In this document: positions 45,952-54,730 of the stretch, in pieces
Position numbering within the stretch: the first letter of the stretch is position 1
Layout: the number at the start of each line of letters is the position of its first letter
NCBI GenBank assembly: GCA_050250255.1
Contig: JBFWOZ010000010.1
Coordinates: forward strand, 1-64,000
Direction of reading: 5' to 3'
DNA length: 64,000 nt
Origin: Bdellovibrionales bacterium
Lineage (GTDB): Bacteria > Bdellovibrionota > Bdellovibrionia > Bdellovibrionales > DASUEL01
Notes under the pieces: generated by a model
Told to the model about the DNA's origin: nothing
Seen by the model: only the letters and a program-made list of their open reading frames with translations
The model's database searches: none
Position numbers and translations under genes: made by a program

Positions 45952-46638
45952 CTAAGGCTTTGCAGCTACGAGACGCTCCAGAGAAGGAGCTTCGACAATC
46001 GCAGGAACTCCAAGTTCACGTGAGCGTGAGCAAGACCCAAAATTCAAGCGCACCGCACGTAAGGCAATCGTGCTTTCCATGAACGGAAGCTTGGCGCCGT
46101 AAAGTGCGTCGCCTACGATGGGATTATTGTGTCTTGAAAGTTCGTAGCGAAGTTGATGTGGACGACCTGTTAGTGGATCCAAATGCCAGTGTTGAACTTT
46201 TTGACCGTTAAAATCGAGAGTGCCTTTCCAGTATGCACGGGTGACCGCAAGTTTTCCGTGAGGAGCTTCGAAAGCTCTCTTTTTTCCACGATGAATATGG
46301 CAACTCCACTCGAACATTATTCCGGGTTTTGCGTCCGCAGGTGCTTCGCCTTCGCCCCAAGCTTCGTACATTTTATCGATCTCACGAGTTTCAAACCAGC
46401 CACTGGCTATCTTGTGGCTTCGTTCATTTTTGGCGAATAGGGTGACGCCGGTGACTTCTAAGTCGAGGCGATGCACGGGGATCACATTTTGTTTCATTTG
46501 TTCGATCAAACGCATTCCCAGAACGGGTCTTGGATCTTCTTTTCCCCATTGGCTTGGGACCGCGAGCCAGCCTGCCGGCTTATCGACGACAACAAAATGC
46601 TCGTTCTCAAAAAGAATAGGTATGAGTTGAGGTGTCAT
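45952..46638 (-). CDS. RluA-family pseudouridine synthase
   Basis: VDKPAG, VHRLD, TGRPHQLR, PIVGDALY. Confidence 0.92.
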   Translation of the reverse strand: MTPQLIPILFENEHFVVVDKPAGWLAVPSQWGKEDPRPVLGMRLIEQMKQNVIPVHRLDLEVTGVTLFAKNERSHKIASGWFETREIDKMYEAWGEGEAPADAKPGIMFEWSCHIHRGKKRAFEAPHGKLAVTRAYWKGTLDFNGQKVQHWHLDPLTGRPHQLRYELSRHNNPIVGDALYGAKLPFMESTIALRAVRLNFGSCSRSRELGVPAIVEAPSLERLVAAKP

Positions 46639-46719
46639 TGTGAAGGATCAGTAACATAAGTGAGTCAAATCAGCACGAACTTCTTGAGACTCTCGCATGA
46701 AGATGGCAAATCTTATTCT

Positions 46720-47904
46720 ATGAAACCCCTACAGAGTTTAGGTTTTTTGGGCGGTGGTCAGCTTTCACGCATGCTCGTTGAAAGTTTACAAGAGCTGCGC
46801 CTCGAAGGGGAAACGCAAGCACAAGAACGTTGTCTCGTGGACGACCGCCAATGTCCAGTTTCAGAAGTGACGAAGCAGTTTCAAGTTGGCTCCGCACATT
46901 CCTTGGAAGATCTTAAAAATTTTTTTAAATATTGTGATGCTGTCAGTTTTGAAAACGAATTTGTCTTGGCCCATCTCTTTCGCCAGGTCTCGCCTTGTGA
47001 TCTTGTGGTTCGTCCTGAGCTTTCTATTATCGAAACAATACAGGACAAGTTAAAACAAAAGACGCTTCTAGCGTCTCTCAATATCCCTACCGCTCGACAC
47101 GAATTGTTCGTTGATAGGGAGCAAACTAAAAAACAATTTGGGTCCGAATACATATTGAAGTGGTCCCGGCTTGGTTATGACGGTAAGGGTGTTCTTTTTG
47201 TTCGAGATTCTGTTGCTGACGAAACCATTGAAGCATTTCTGTTGGAAGCTCGAAAAAAACAAAGCCCTGTTTTTGTCGAAGAAAAAATTCCTTTTCAGAA
47301 AGAACTCGCCATTGTTGCGGCTCGGGGAGTGAGTGGGGATATTTTATTTTACCCTCCTGTTGAAACTATTCAGGCTAAAGGCGTTTGTGAGTGGGTCTTC
47401 TCTTTGGAAGAACAAGAAGAAAAGAAAATTTCTCAAATGATTGAGCCGTGGTTACGAGCCCTTCTTGAGAAATTGGATTACGTGGGCGTACTAGCAATGG
47501 AGCTTTTTCAAACTCCGAGCGGGCTTTACGTCAATGAACTAGCTCCCAGAGTTCATAACAGCGCTCACTACTCACAATGGGCATTGAGTGAGAGCCAGTT
47601 CGATAGCCACAATCGTGCCGTCTTAGGCCTCCCACTAAAATCTTTCGAACGACGTGCGCCCTTTTTTGGAATGATGAATTTGCTCGGCGAGGAAGACTTT
47701 ATGATCACACACTTCCATCATCCCTTTTTACCGGTGCCAGGACAATTTTATTGGTATGACAAGGCTCACTCCAAGCCAGGACGAAAAATGGGACACGTGA
47801 ACTTTATGGCTTCCACAAAAGAAGAATTCGAAGAATCCAAAAAGAAATTAGTCCAATTTAAAAGTAAATTGTGGGAGTCTTTGAAAAAAGAGAGTGTGAG
47901 ATGA
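46720..47904 (+). CDS. purK: N5-CAIR synthase PurK
   Basis: [34 protein letters not shown]. Confidence 0.92.
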   Translation: MKPLQSLGFLGGGQLSRMLVESLQELRLEGETQAQERCLVDDRQCPVSEVTKQFQVGSAHSLEDLKNFFKYCDAVSFENEFVLAHLFRQVSPCDLVVRPELSIIETIQDKLKQKTLLASLNIPTARHELFVDREQTKKQFGSEYILKWSRLGYDGKGVLFVRDSVADETIEAFLLEARKKQSPVFVEEKIPFQKELAIVAARGVSGDILFYPPVETIQAKGVCEWVFSLEEQEEKKISQMIEPWLRALLEKLDYVGVLAMELFQTPSGLYVNELAPRVHNSAHYSQWALSESQFDSHNRAVLGLPLKSFERRAPFFGMMNLLGEEDFMITHFHHPFLPVPGQFYWYDKAHSKPGRKMGHVNFMASTKEEFEESKKKLVQFKSKLWESLKKESVR

Positions 47905-48395
47905 AAAAGCAAATTCCAGTGGCTATCATTATGGGAAGTGATTCTGATTATCGTGTGATGAAAGACGCCGTTCAGGCTCTCAAAGAGTTCGATGTGCCTC
48001 ATGTGAAAAAAATTATTTCGGCCCATCGCACGCCACGCGAGATGATCGAATTTGCCGAGACGGCGAAGGCCAAAGGTTTTCAAGTCATTATTGCCGGAGC
48101 TGGCGGATCGGCTCATTTACCAGGGATGGTGGCGTCTCTCACCGAGCTTCCTGTGATTGGTGTCCCGGTGGAGGTGACCTCTCTCAAGGGCGTAGACGCC
48201 CTTCTTTCTATCGTGCAGATGCCAAAGGGCGTTCCGGTAGCGACAGTGGCGATTAACGGAGCCTACAACGCAGGTTTACTGGCCTGTAAGATCATCGCGA
48301 GCGGTTCTTCTCCGCTTTCCAAAAAACTTTCTCAAAAATTAGCGAATTACAGAAAATCTTTGAGAACGACTGTTCTGAAGAAAAGATTACCTTAG
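47901..48395 (+). CDS. purE: N5-CAIR mutase PurE
   Basis: MGSDSD, SAHRTP, GAGG.AHLPG, SIVQMP.GVPVATV. Confidence 0.96.
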   Translation: MKKQIPVAIIMGSDSDYRVMKDAVQALKEFDVPHVKKIISAHRTPREMIEFAETAKAKGFQVIIAGAGGSAHLPGMVASLTELPVIGVPVEVTSLKGVDALLSIVQMPKGVPVATVAINGAYNAGLLACKIIASGSSPLSKKLSQKLANYRKSLRTTVLKKRLP

Positions 48396-50170
48396 GCTGC
48401 GGTTCGTGTTTGGGCTAAAAGTTCTACGAGATTGCAGTAGTGTTCAAACTTCTGTTTGTCTTCGATTTTGATATGCAAGCGTAAGACATTTTTTTCTGTT
48501 AGTTTTTTCATTTTCTTTTCGGTCATGGCCTCTCCGGCAAGTACATACTTTACATATTTTTGATTTAGATCAAACCGTAGATAGACATCAAAATTGACTT
48601 TTACATCGACCTGAATTCTTGAAGCCTCAACTGAGATCATATCAGGATGAGCAGAAGGCTCTGTGGTGGCTGAGGATGCAGGAGTTTCAAAAAACTTAAT
48701 TCGTTCTCCACTGACGCCCTCAAGAAGGCCCGAGAAATGAGTGATGTCTGTAGCCGTATCGTAATCTGTAAGACTAAACTCTAGAGGGTCTTTTATAGAT
48801 CTTTGCTTTGTGAGATTTAAATGAAGTTTAAGTTCCTTTTCAATATGCGTTTTGATTTCATTCATCTCGGGTGGAGGGGTGGGTAGCATAAAAACGGCAT
48901 AGCCGTTGAAGCTTGGGCTCTGAACATGAGAGAAAACCATATGCTCGCCTTGGAAAAAAGAAGGTGGGGGCTCTGGCGTCTCAGGTGCGTTTGCAGGGGT
49001 GGGTTCAGCGATCACTTGTGGGGCTGTTTCCAACACAGATTCAGTCACCGATTCTATAATCTGTACAGGCTTTAATTCTATTAGAGTTTCTTCGGAAAAC
49101 TGAGTTGTTACCGTTGACACATCTTCTGTGGGAGCTTGCGTGTTGAGGACGACTTCACCCATTTTTTCTTCTGCAACTTGCACGTGAGTTTCGCCCTCTT
49201 GCGCTTCAATGGTGGCAACCGTCTCTACGGTGCCAATTTCTACAGGAGCAGACTCTGTTACGGTGACGTGACCAAAATCTTCTGCTGTCTCTTCTTTTAC
49301 TGCGTGAGGGTTTTCAAAACTACGTGGTGTTGGTGGGGGAGAATCTTTTTTTATGAGGATCAGCTTAGGTTCTTCATGAGGTTTGTCTTCAGTCACTCTG
49401 ACTTTTGTGAAATCTTCTGTTTTTCTCTTGGAGGTTTTTCGTGCTTTGCCTTTTCTTTTTTTACGCTCTTCTTCTTTTTTGAATGGAGATTTTATTTGTT
49501 TCTCTTCGGATTCAGCTTCAGGATTTTGCGTGAAATCTTCCTGTGAAGATTCAAGGGAACTGGCCGACTCTTCGGCCAATGTGTGATCCATTTGACTGGC
49601 TTCGAACCAGGCTTTCTTTCTTTCTTGTTCTCTCAAAACCTCATCGCGTTTGAGTTCTTCACGTTCGTGATCTTGTATGAGTTGCTGATCATTTTTTTCT
49701 TTGGCTTTTGCTTTGGTGGCTTGAGCTTGTTGCTTTTTTACTTGCTGATGGTGGCCCGCATTTTTCTCTCGAAGCCATGTTTCCACGATGCGATGTAATC
49801 CAGCGCCTGTTGTTTTAAATTGCATTTTATTAGGGTAGTTGGAATGTTTTAATTCGATCATGGATTCGCGATTGTTCGGATCTTCTGGAAAAATATAACA
49901 CAAACAATCCATTGTATTTTTTAGGAGATTGGCAAAGCTTTCGGTTTTTGCGGAATGGAGTGCGATCGAAATAAACGTATGAGTGGGTTTGAAAGTAGAA
50001 TGCAGGCGCACGGCTTCTCTTAAAGAGAACACACCCTCAGCCTGAATGCCTTTACGAATTAAAAAATCACGACATTGAATCACGTTGTATTGTGACTTCC
50101 CTAAAATGAGTACGCGCGCGACAACTTCTTCTATCGCGGGGGCATCTGATGGTGTCTCATCTGTCGACAA
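48392..50170 (-). CDS. Hypothetical protein with long acidic/charged linker
   Basis: 592-aa ORF with folded-looking ends and an E/K/T-rich middle. Confidence 0.7.
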   Translation of the reverse strand: MSTDETPSDAPAIEEVVARVLILGKSQYNVIQCRDFLIRKGIQAEGVFSLREAVRLHSTFKPTHTFISIALHSAKTESFANLLKNTMDCLCYIFPEDPNNRESMIELKHSNYPNKMQFKTTGAGLHRIVETWLREKNAGHHQQVKKQQAQATKAKAKEKNDQQLIQDHEREELKRDEVLREQERKKAWFEASQMDHTLAEESASSLESSQEDFTQNPEAESEEKQIKSPFKKEEERKKRKGKARKTSKRKTEDFTKVRVTEDKPHEEPKLILIKKDSPPPTPRSFENPHAVKEETAEDFGHVTVTESAPVEIGTVETVATIEAQEGETHVQVAEEKMGEVVLNTQAPTEDVSTVTTQFSEETLIELKPVQIIESVTESVLETAPQVIAEPTPANAPETPEPPPSFFQGEHMVFSHVQSPSFNGYAVFMLPTPPPEMNEIKTHIEKELKLHLNLTKQRSIKDPLEFSLTDYDTATDITHFSGLLEGVSGERIKFFETPASSATTEPSAHPDMISVEASRIQVDVKVNFDVYLRFDLNQKYVKYVLAGEAMTEKKMKKLTEKNVLRLHIKIEDKQKFEHYCNLVELLAQTRTAA

Positions 50171-50352
50171 GGGGTCCTCTTTGCAAAAGGTTTTACACTT
50201 CTAATATCGGTTTTTTTGAGCAATTTCTTCGACTTAGCTCTCATATAGCGGGGTGATTTGTACAAATAGAACCAAAGTCCAGGGTAGAGCTTGCTTTCGG
50301 GGGGAAGCTTCGGCAGAACTTCTGGATTAAAGGCTTAAAAACAGAGGGAAAA

Positions 50353-50907
50353 ATGGCTGTCAGCAAGAAAAGAATGAAGCAGATGGAACGAGACTTTATG
50401 AAAGAAAAGGCTCTTAACACTTTGGCGAAACCCGGAGTGCATGAGCTCATCATTGTCCTCGATAGCCTCAAACCCGACTTCAATGTCGGAAAAATCTTTC
50501 GTTCTTCAGATGCTTTTGGCGTAAAAGAGATCAACCTCATCGGAATTCCATTTTTTTCTCCGGCAACCGCGATGGGATCTTTTCGCCACGTTCCCGCAAA
50601 GTTCTTTGAGAGTTTCAAACCTTGTTATGATTATTTAAAATCCGAAGGATACGATATTTACATTTTTGAACCTACTGGTGGTTCTCAACTGGGTGTTGCC
50701 TCGTTCCCTAAAAAATCAGCGCTGATTATGGGCCATGAAGAATTTGGAATCAGTTTTAATAAAGCCGATTACCCCGATTTAAAAGTCATCACCGTTCCAC
50801 AATTTGGAAAAGTACAAAGTCTAAATGTATCCATAGCGGCTTCGGTAGCGATGTACGAGTATGTGCGCCAACAACATTTTTCTCAAACGGAGCAAGCTCC
50901 TTCATGA
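50353..50907 (+). CDS. TrmH/SpoU family RNA methyltransferase
   Basis: NVGKIFRS.DAFG, MGHEEFG, SLNVSIA. Confidence 0.9.
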   Translation: MAVSKKRMKQMERDFMKEKALNTLAKPGVHELIIVLDSLKPDFNVGKIFRSSDAFGVKEINLIGIPFFSPATAMGSFRHVPAKFFESFKPCYDYLKSEGYDIYIFEPTGGSQLGVASFPKKSALIMGHEEFGISFNKADYPDLKVITVPQFGKVQSLNVSIAASVAMYEYVRQQHFSQTEQAPS

Positions 50908-52049
50908 GTTTGGAATTTCGCAAAAAACATTATCCATCTGTGTCGCTTAAAGACTGGAAGGATTGGAAATGGCAATTGAGAAATCGTTTAAAGACGACGA
51001 CTCAACTGCAATCTTTTGTGAATCTTACCGAAGACGAAGTTCAAGCAATCAAAAAACATGAGGGTCGTTTGCCTCTTGCGATCACTCCCTACTATATGAG
51101 TCTTATTGACGAAAAAGATCTTCAAGATCCGATTCGTAAAACTGTAATTCCTCTGACAGCCGAATTCTTGCATTCTTTTGGTGAGTCGGAAGATCCTCTT
51201 GGTGAAGAACCCAACCGACCAACTCCTGCGATCGTGCACCGTTATCCTGATCGCGTTCTTCTTCTCGTCACTGCGACATGTTCAGTTTACTGTCGCTACT
51301 GCACACGTTCTCGTTTGGTGGGAGATGCCGCCGAGTACGCACCGGATATGAAGATTTTAAAAGAGGGTATTCAATACATCGCGGATCATAAAGAAGTGCG
51401 AGATGTGTTGATTACCGGTGGAGACCCACTCACGCTTTCTGACGAAAAGCTCGATTGGATTCTCTCGGAAGTGCGAAAAATCCCTCACGTAGAGTTCATA
51501 CGTATCGGCACGAAGGTTCCGGTGGTGCTTCCTCAGAGAATCACGCCGTCACTTTGCAAAATTCTTAAAAAATATCATCCTCTCTGGATGAGCATTCATG
51601 TTCTCCATCCAGCAGAAATCACTCCGGAAGTGGCGAAAGCGTTTGCGCGTTTAGCAGATGCTGGTCTTCCACTCGGAAGTCAGACAGTTTTACTTAAAGG
51701 TGTGAACGACAATGTGGAAACGTTGAAAAGTCTGATGCACAAACTACTCATGAACCGTGTGAAGCCTTATTACCTTTTCCACTGTGATCCTATTTCTGGC
51801 TCAGCCCACTTAAGAACGAGCGTGGAAAAAGGTTTAGAGATGATTCAAGGGCTTCGTGGGCATACGACAGGGTATGCTGTTCCTCACTATGCTGTGGATA
51901 TCGCGGGTAAAGGTGGGAAAGTCGCGCTGGTACCAAGTTATGTTGTGGGTCGAGAAGAAGATCAGCTTATTATCAAGAATTACGCGGGTGAAACCTATTC
52001 TTATCCCGATGCTGCTGGGAATCAGTCTTCGGAAGAAGTGATTCAATAA
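50904..52049 (+). CDS. KamA family radical SAM 2,3-aminomutase
   Basis: DW.WQ, HRYPDR, CSVYCRYC, GGDPL, QTVLLKGVND, LRGHTTG, GGK. Confidence 0.92.
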   Translation: MSLEFRKKHYPSVSLKDWKDWKWQLRNRLKTTTQLQSFVNLTEDEVQAIKKHEGRLPLAITPYYMSLIDEKDLQDPIRKTVIPLTAEFLHSFGESEDPLGEEPNRPTPAIVHRYPDRVLLLVTATCSVYCRYCTRSRLVGDAAEYAPDMKILKEGIQYIADHKEVRDVLITGGDPLTLSDEKLDWILSEVRKIPHVEFIRIGTKVPVVLPQRITPSLCKILKKYHPLWMSIHVLHPAEITPEVAKAFARLADAGLPLGSQTVLLKGVNDNVETLKSLMHKLLMNRVKPYYLFHCDPISGSAHLRTSVEKGLEMIQGLRGHTTGYAVPHYAVDIAGKGGKVALVPSYVVGREEDQLIIKNYAGETYSYPDAAGNQSSEEVIQ

Positions 52050-52080
52050 AAAAACGCACCTCTTTTGAAGGTGCGTTTTT
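52050..52080. terminator. Bidirectional intrinsic terminator
   Basis: AAAAACGCACCT-N7-AGGTGCGTTTTT between convergent genes. Confidence 0.85.
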
Positions 52081-52101
52081 GAATTTCAATAATTAAAAAA
52101 A

Positions 52102-52569
52102 TTATCGACCCATTTGGGAACTAACAAGATCAATCATATAAGTTTGACCTTGAGCTGTCCCGTTAGCTTTTACGTAACCGAAAGCGACGTTATCAGCGAT
52201 ATAAATTGTTTGCGGTTGTCCGCTTTCATCGTTTTGCACGAGTTTGCATGTTTGATAAGTGCCTGCAGGAACAGTCACCATCATTGGTGTGCCACCATTG
52301 CCAGCACAATCAGCTAGAATTGCATCTACCTGTGCATCTGTAATCAGCTTATCCGCCTCGATGCTTTGGTTCTGATTGATGACGCGACCATTTACGTTCG
52401 CAGAAATCAAAATGTTGTACGTGTTGGCTCCAGAATTGAAAGCAGTGATTTTTTGAGTCACGGCCACCTTTTGTGCACCAATCGTGTAATTGTATTGTGC
52501 AGTATCACCGATTGTTGGCATTGCCTGAGCTGTCATTGCAGAAAGAACTAAACCTAGTAAGAACGTCAT
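52102..52569 (-). CDS. Secreted hypothetical protein
   Basis: Signal peptide ending in AQA; VTVPAGTY.TC motif. Confidence 0.72.
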   Translation of the reverse strand: MTFLLGLVLSAMTAQAMPTIGDTAQYNYTIGAQKVAVTQKITAFNSGANTYNILISANVNGRVINQNQSIEADKLITDAQVDAILADCAGNGGTPMMVTVPAGTYQTCKLVQNDESGQPQTIYIADNVAFGYVKANGTAQGQTYMIDLVSSQMGR

Positions 52570-52686
52570 GTATTCCCCCTTTCGAGAATAGGACAATTAG
52601 ATAAAGCTCTGGTTCGGGGGTCAATGAAAAAAAGGATTGTTTTCAGCAGTGGCCCGGCACGGGAACGTTCCAGTTTTGTACGCCCT

Positions 52687-52707
52687 TTCAAATGACTTTC
52701 ATTTGAA
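52687..52707. promoter_or_regulatory. Perfect 9-3-9 palindrome (candidate operator)
   Basis: TTCAAATGA-CTT-TCATTTGAA between divergent genes. Confidence 0.5.
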
Positions 52708-52803
52708 GTTGAAGTGACAAAGTAGCCCTACTTGTTCGACCCGCTATTTTTCTCTTGCTGCTTTTCCAAATTATTGAAAGTCTGCGGGGCATTGGGGGAA
52801 ATT

Positions 52804-53922
52804 ATGCTTCAGGGTTTTTTGTTCATTTGCACTGTTTTATTCGCAAACTTTTCTTGGGCTAACGACTTCACTTATAGAGAGCTTACAACACTCATTCAGT
52901 CCCAAAACGTGAAAACCGTGGATGCCCTCATCCCACTTCTCCCCGCTGTTCTCCGCCAAAACCACGTGCTTGTTCATGGAAGCAGAAGTCGTCAGACCTC
53001 TTCGCTGATGGCACCTCGTGTGATTTTGTTCACAAAATTTGCCGATTTTAGACCCCATCATCCCACGAGCGGTTTAGCATTAGCATTTAATGGTGGTGGC
53101 GAAGCGATGGCTGACCATTCGGTGGAAGTGATTGAATATAATCCGCAGGTTCGTGGCTTTGAACTCCATGAGATCACTTTTGATAAGGCAGGAGTTCAAG
53201 CACCTCAGTTTTCAGGCACCAATCCATCGCGCTGTCTCATGTGTCATCGAGCAGATCCGCGACCAAATTGGGATTCTTACCCTTTCTGGCCAGGTGTTTA
53301 TGGGAGCATCCATACGCCGCCGGCTTTGCCAAGGTTGAGTATTGGACAAGAAGAGATCAATCAGTACTTACAATTTAAAGCAGATACCTCAGAGCATCCT
53401 CGTTATAAAAGTTTAAACCTTCCAGCTGATATTAAACAGTTGGCGTTGAACAATACATTTATGGGATTGGGGTTTGCCTACCAAAATTACGGGCGTGTTC
53501 GGCGACAAATAGATCAAACAAATCTACTTCCTAAATACAAATATTATATTCAGGGATTGTTTGCGGGCTGTTTACATCCACGAGGATTTTTACCAGCGCG
53601 GATCCATGCGCAGCTTCAATCAAAGCTCGGTTACTCTCTGGAAGAGATGTACATGCAGACAGAACAACGCATTCTCCTCGAAAGAACGCGTGAACAGGCA
53701 TTTTTTGATCTCTACAATAAAGTGCATATTATTGCGGCCCTCAGATTTATTTTTGAAGGGCAGGGGATTGATATAGCCGATTGGTCCATCAGTATGGATT
53801 CCAATTACCGATTCTCCACGGGAAATCGTGGCATTGGAGACTTCCCATTCTATTTAGAAATTGAGAGCATGACGAAAGATTGTGACGAACTGAAAAGACT
53901 CAGCCTCGCAGAGTTTCCTTAG
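52804..53922 (+). CDS. Secreted protein with a single CxxCH motif (putative c-type cytochrome)
   Basis: Signal peptide; NP..CLMCH...RPNWDSYPFWPGVYG. Confidence 0.7.
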   Translation: MLQGFLFICTVLFANFSWANDFTYRELTTLIQSQNVKTVDALIPLLPAVLRQNHVLVHGSRSRQTSSLMAPRVILFTKFADFRPHHPTSGLALAFNGGGEAMADHSVEVIEYNPQVRGFELHEITFDKAGVQAPQFSGTNPSRCLMCHRADPRPNWDSYPFWPGVYGSIHTPPALPRLSIGQEEINQYLQFKADTSEHPRYKSLNLPADIKQLALNNTFMGLGFAYQNYGRVRRQIDQTNLLPKYKYYIQGLFAGCLHPRGFLPARIHAQLQSKLGYSLEEMYMQTEQRILLERTREQAFFDLYNKVHIIAALRFIFEGQGIDIADWSISMDSNYRFSTGNRGIGDFPFYLEIESMTKDCDELKRLSLAEFP

Positions 53923-54003
53923 GACACGTGTGTACGCGTGAAATTTTAATCTCATCGTGGGAATGTCTTGCTATTTGCTTCTACGGCTGGTATTTGGCTA
54001 CAT

Positions 54004-54702
54004 ATGGATTTTCAACCCATCGGCTACATTCAGTCTTGTTTTAAAGAAAAATTTGGTACTCCAAGGCAACCCAGCTTGGTGCCTGAATCGACAGCCTCTT
54101 TAAAAATTCGTAGCGATCTTCAGCCTCAGGAGGCTTTAGTGGGATTGGAACAATTCAGTCATGTTTGGGTGATTTTTGAATTTCATAAAAATGCGAATAA
54201 AAAGTTCTATCCCAAAGTGAGTCCGCCACGATTGAATGGAGAGACAATGGGTTTATTTGCAACTCGTTCTCCTCATCGACCAAATCCCATCGGTTTAAGC
54301 TGCGTAAAGCTCGAGCGCATTGAGGGAGACACACTTTATTTTTCTGGCATTGATTTGATCGATGGCACACCGGTGTTAGATATTAAGCCCTATGTTGTGT
54401 CTGTCGATTCTGTGCCTCAAGCGACAGTAGGGTGGCTCGACAAAACAGAAAATAAACGTTTGGATGTTTCTTTTTCTGAAGAGGCCATGGGCAATCTTCA
54501 AGATTTTCAGGATAAAAATTTAAAGACGATGATCACGCAAATTCTGGAGAACGATCCGCGAAACTCTATGGACCGGGAACTTTCTCGTCAAAATAAAACT
54601 CTCGGATTCTACCTGGGAGAAGCGAACGTTGTTTTTTCTGTGGAAGCTACAAAAGCCATAGTGATTCGCATCGAATCACGCCATACAAAATTATCCCAAT
54701 AA
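54004..54702 (+). CDS. tsaA: tRNA m6t6A37 methyltransferase TrmO
   Basis: KFGTPRQ, PPRL.G, FATRSPHRPNPIGLS, DLIDGTPVLDIKPY, DPR. Confidence 0.93.
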   Translation: MDFQPIGYIQSCFKEKFGTPRQPSLVPESTASLKIRSDLQPQEALVGLEQFSHVWVIFEFHKNANKKFYPKVSPPRLNGETMGLFATRSPHRPNPIGLSCVKLERIEGDTLYFSGIDLIDGTPVLDIKPYVVSVDSVPQATVGWLDKTENKRLDVSFSEEAMGNLQDFQDKNLKTMITQILENDPRNSMDRELSRQNKTLGFYLGEANVVFSVEATKAIVIRIESRHTKLSQ

Positions 54703-54730
54703 GCTTAAAATATGCTAAATTTCTCATCTT

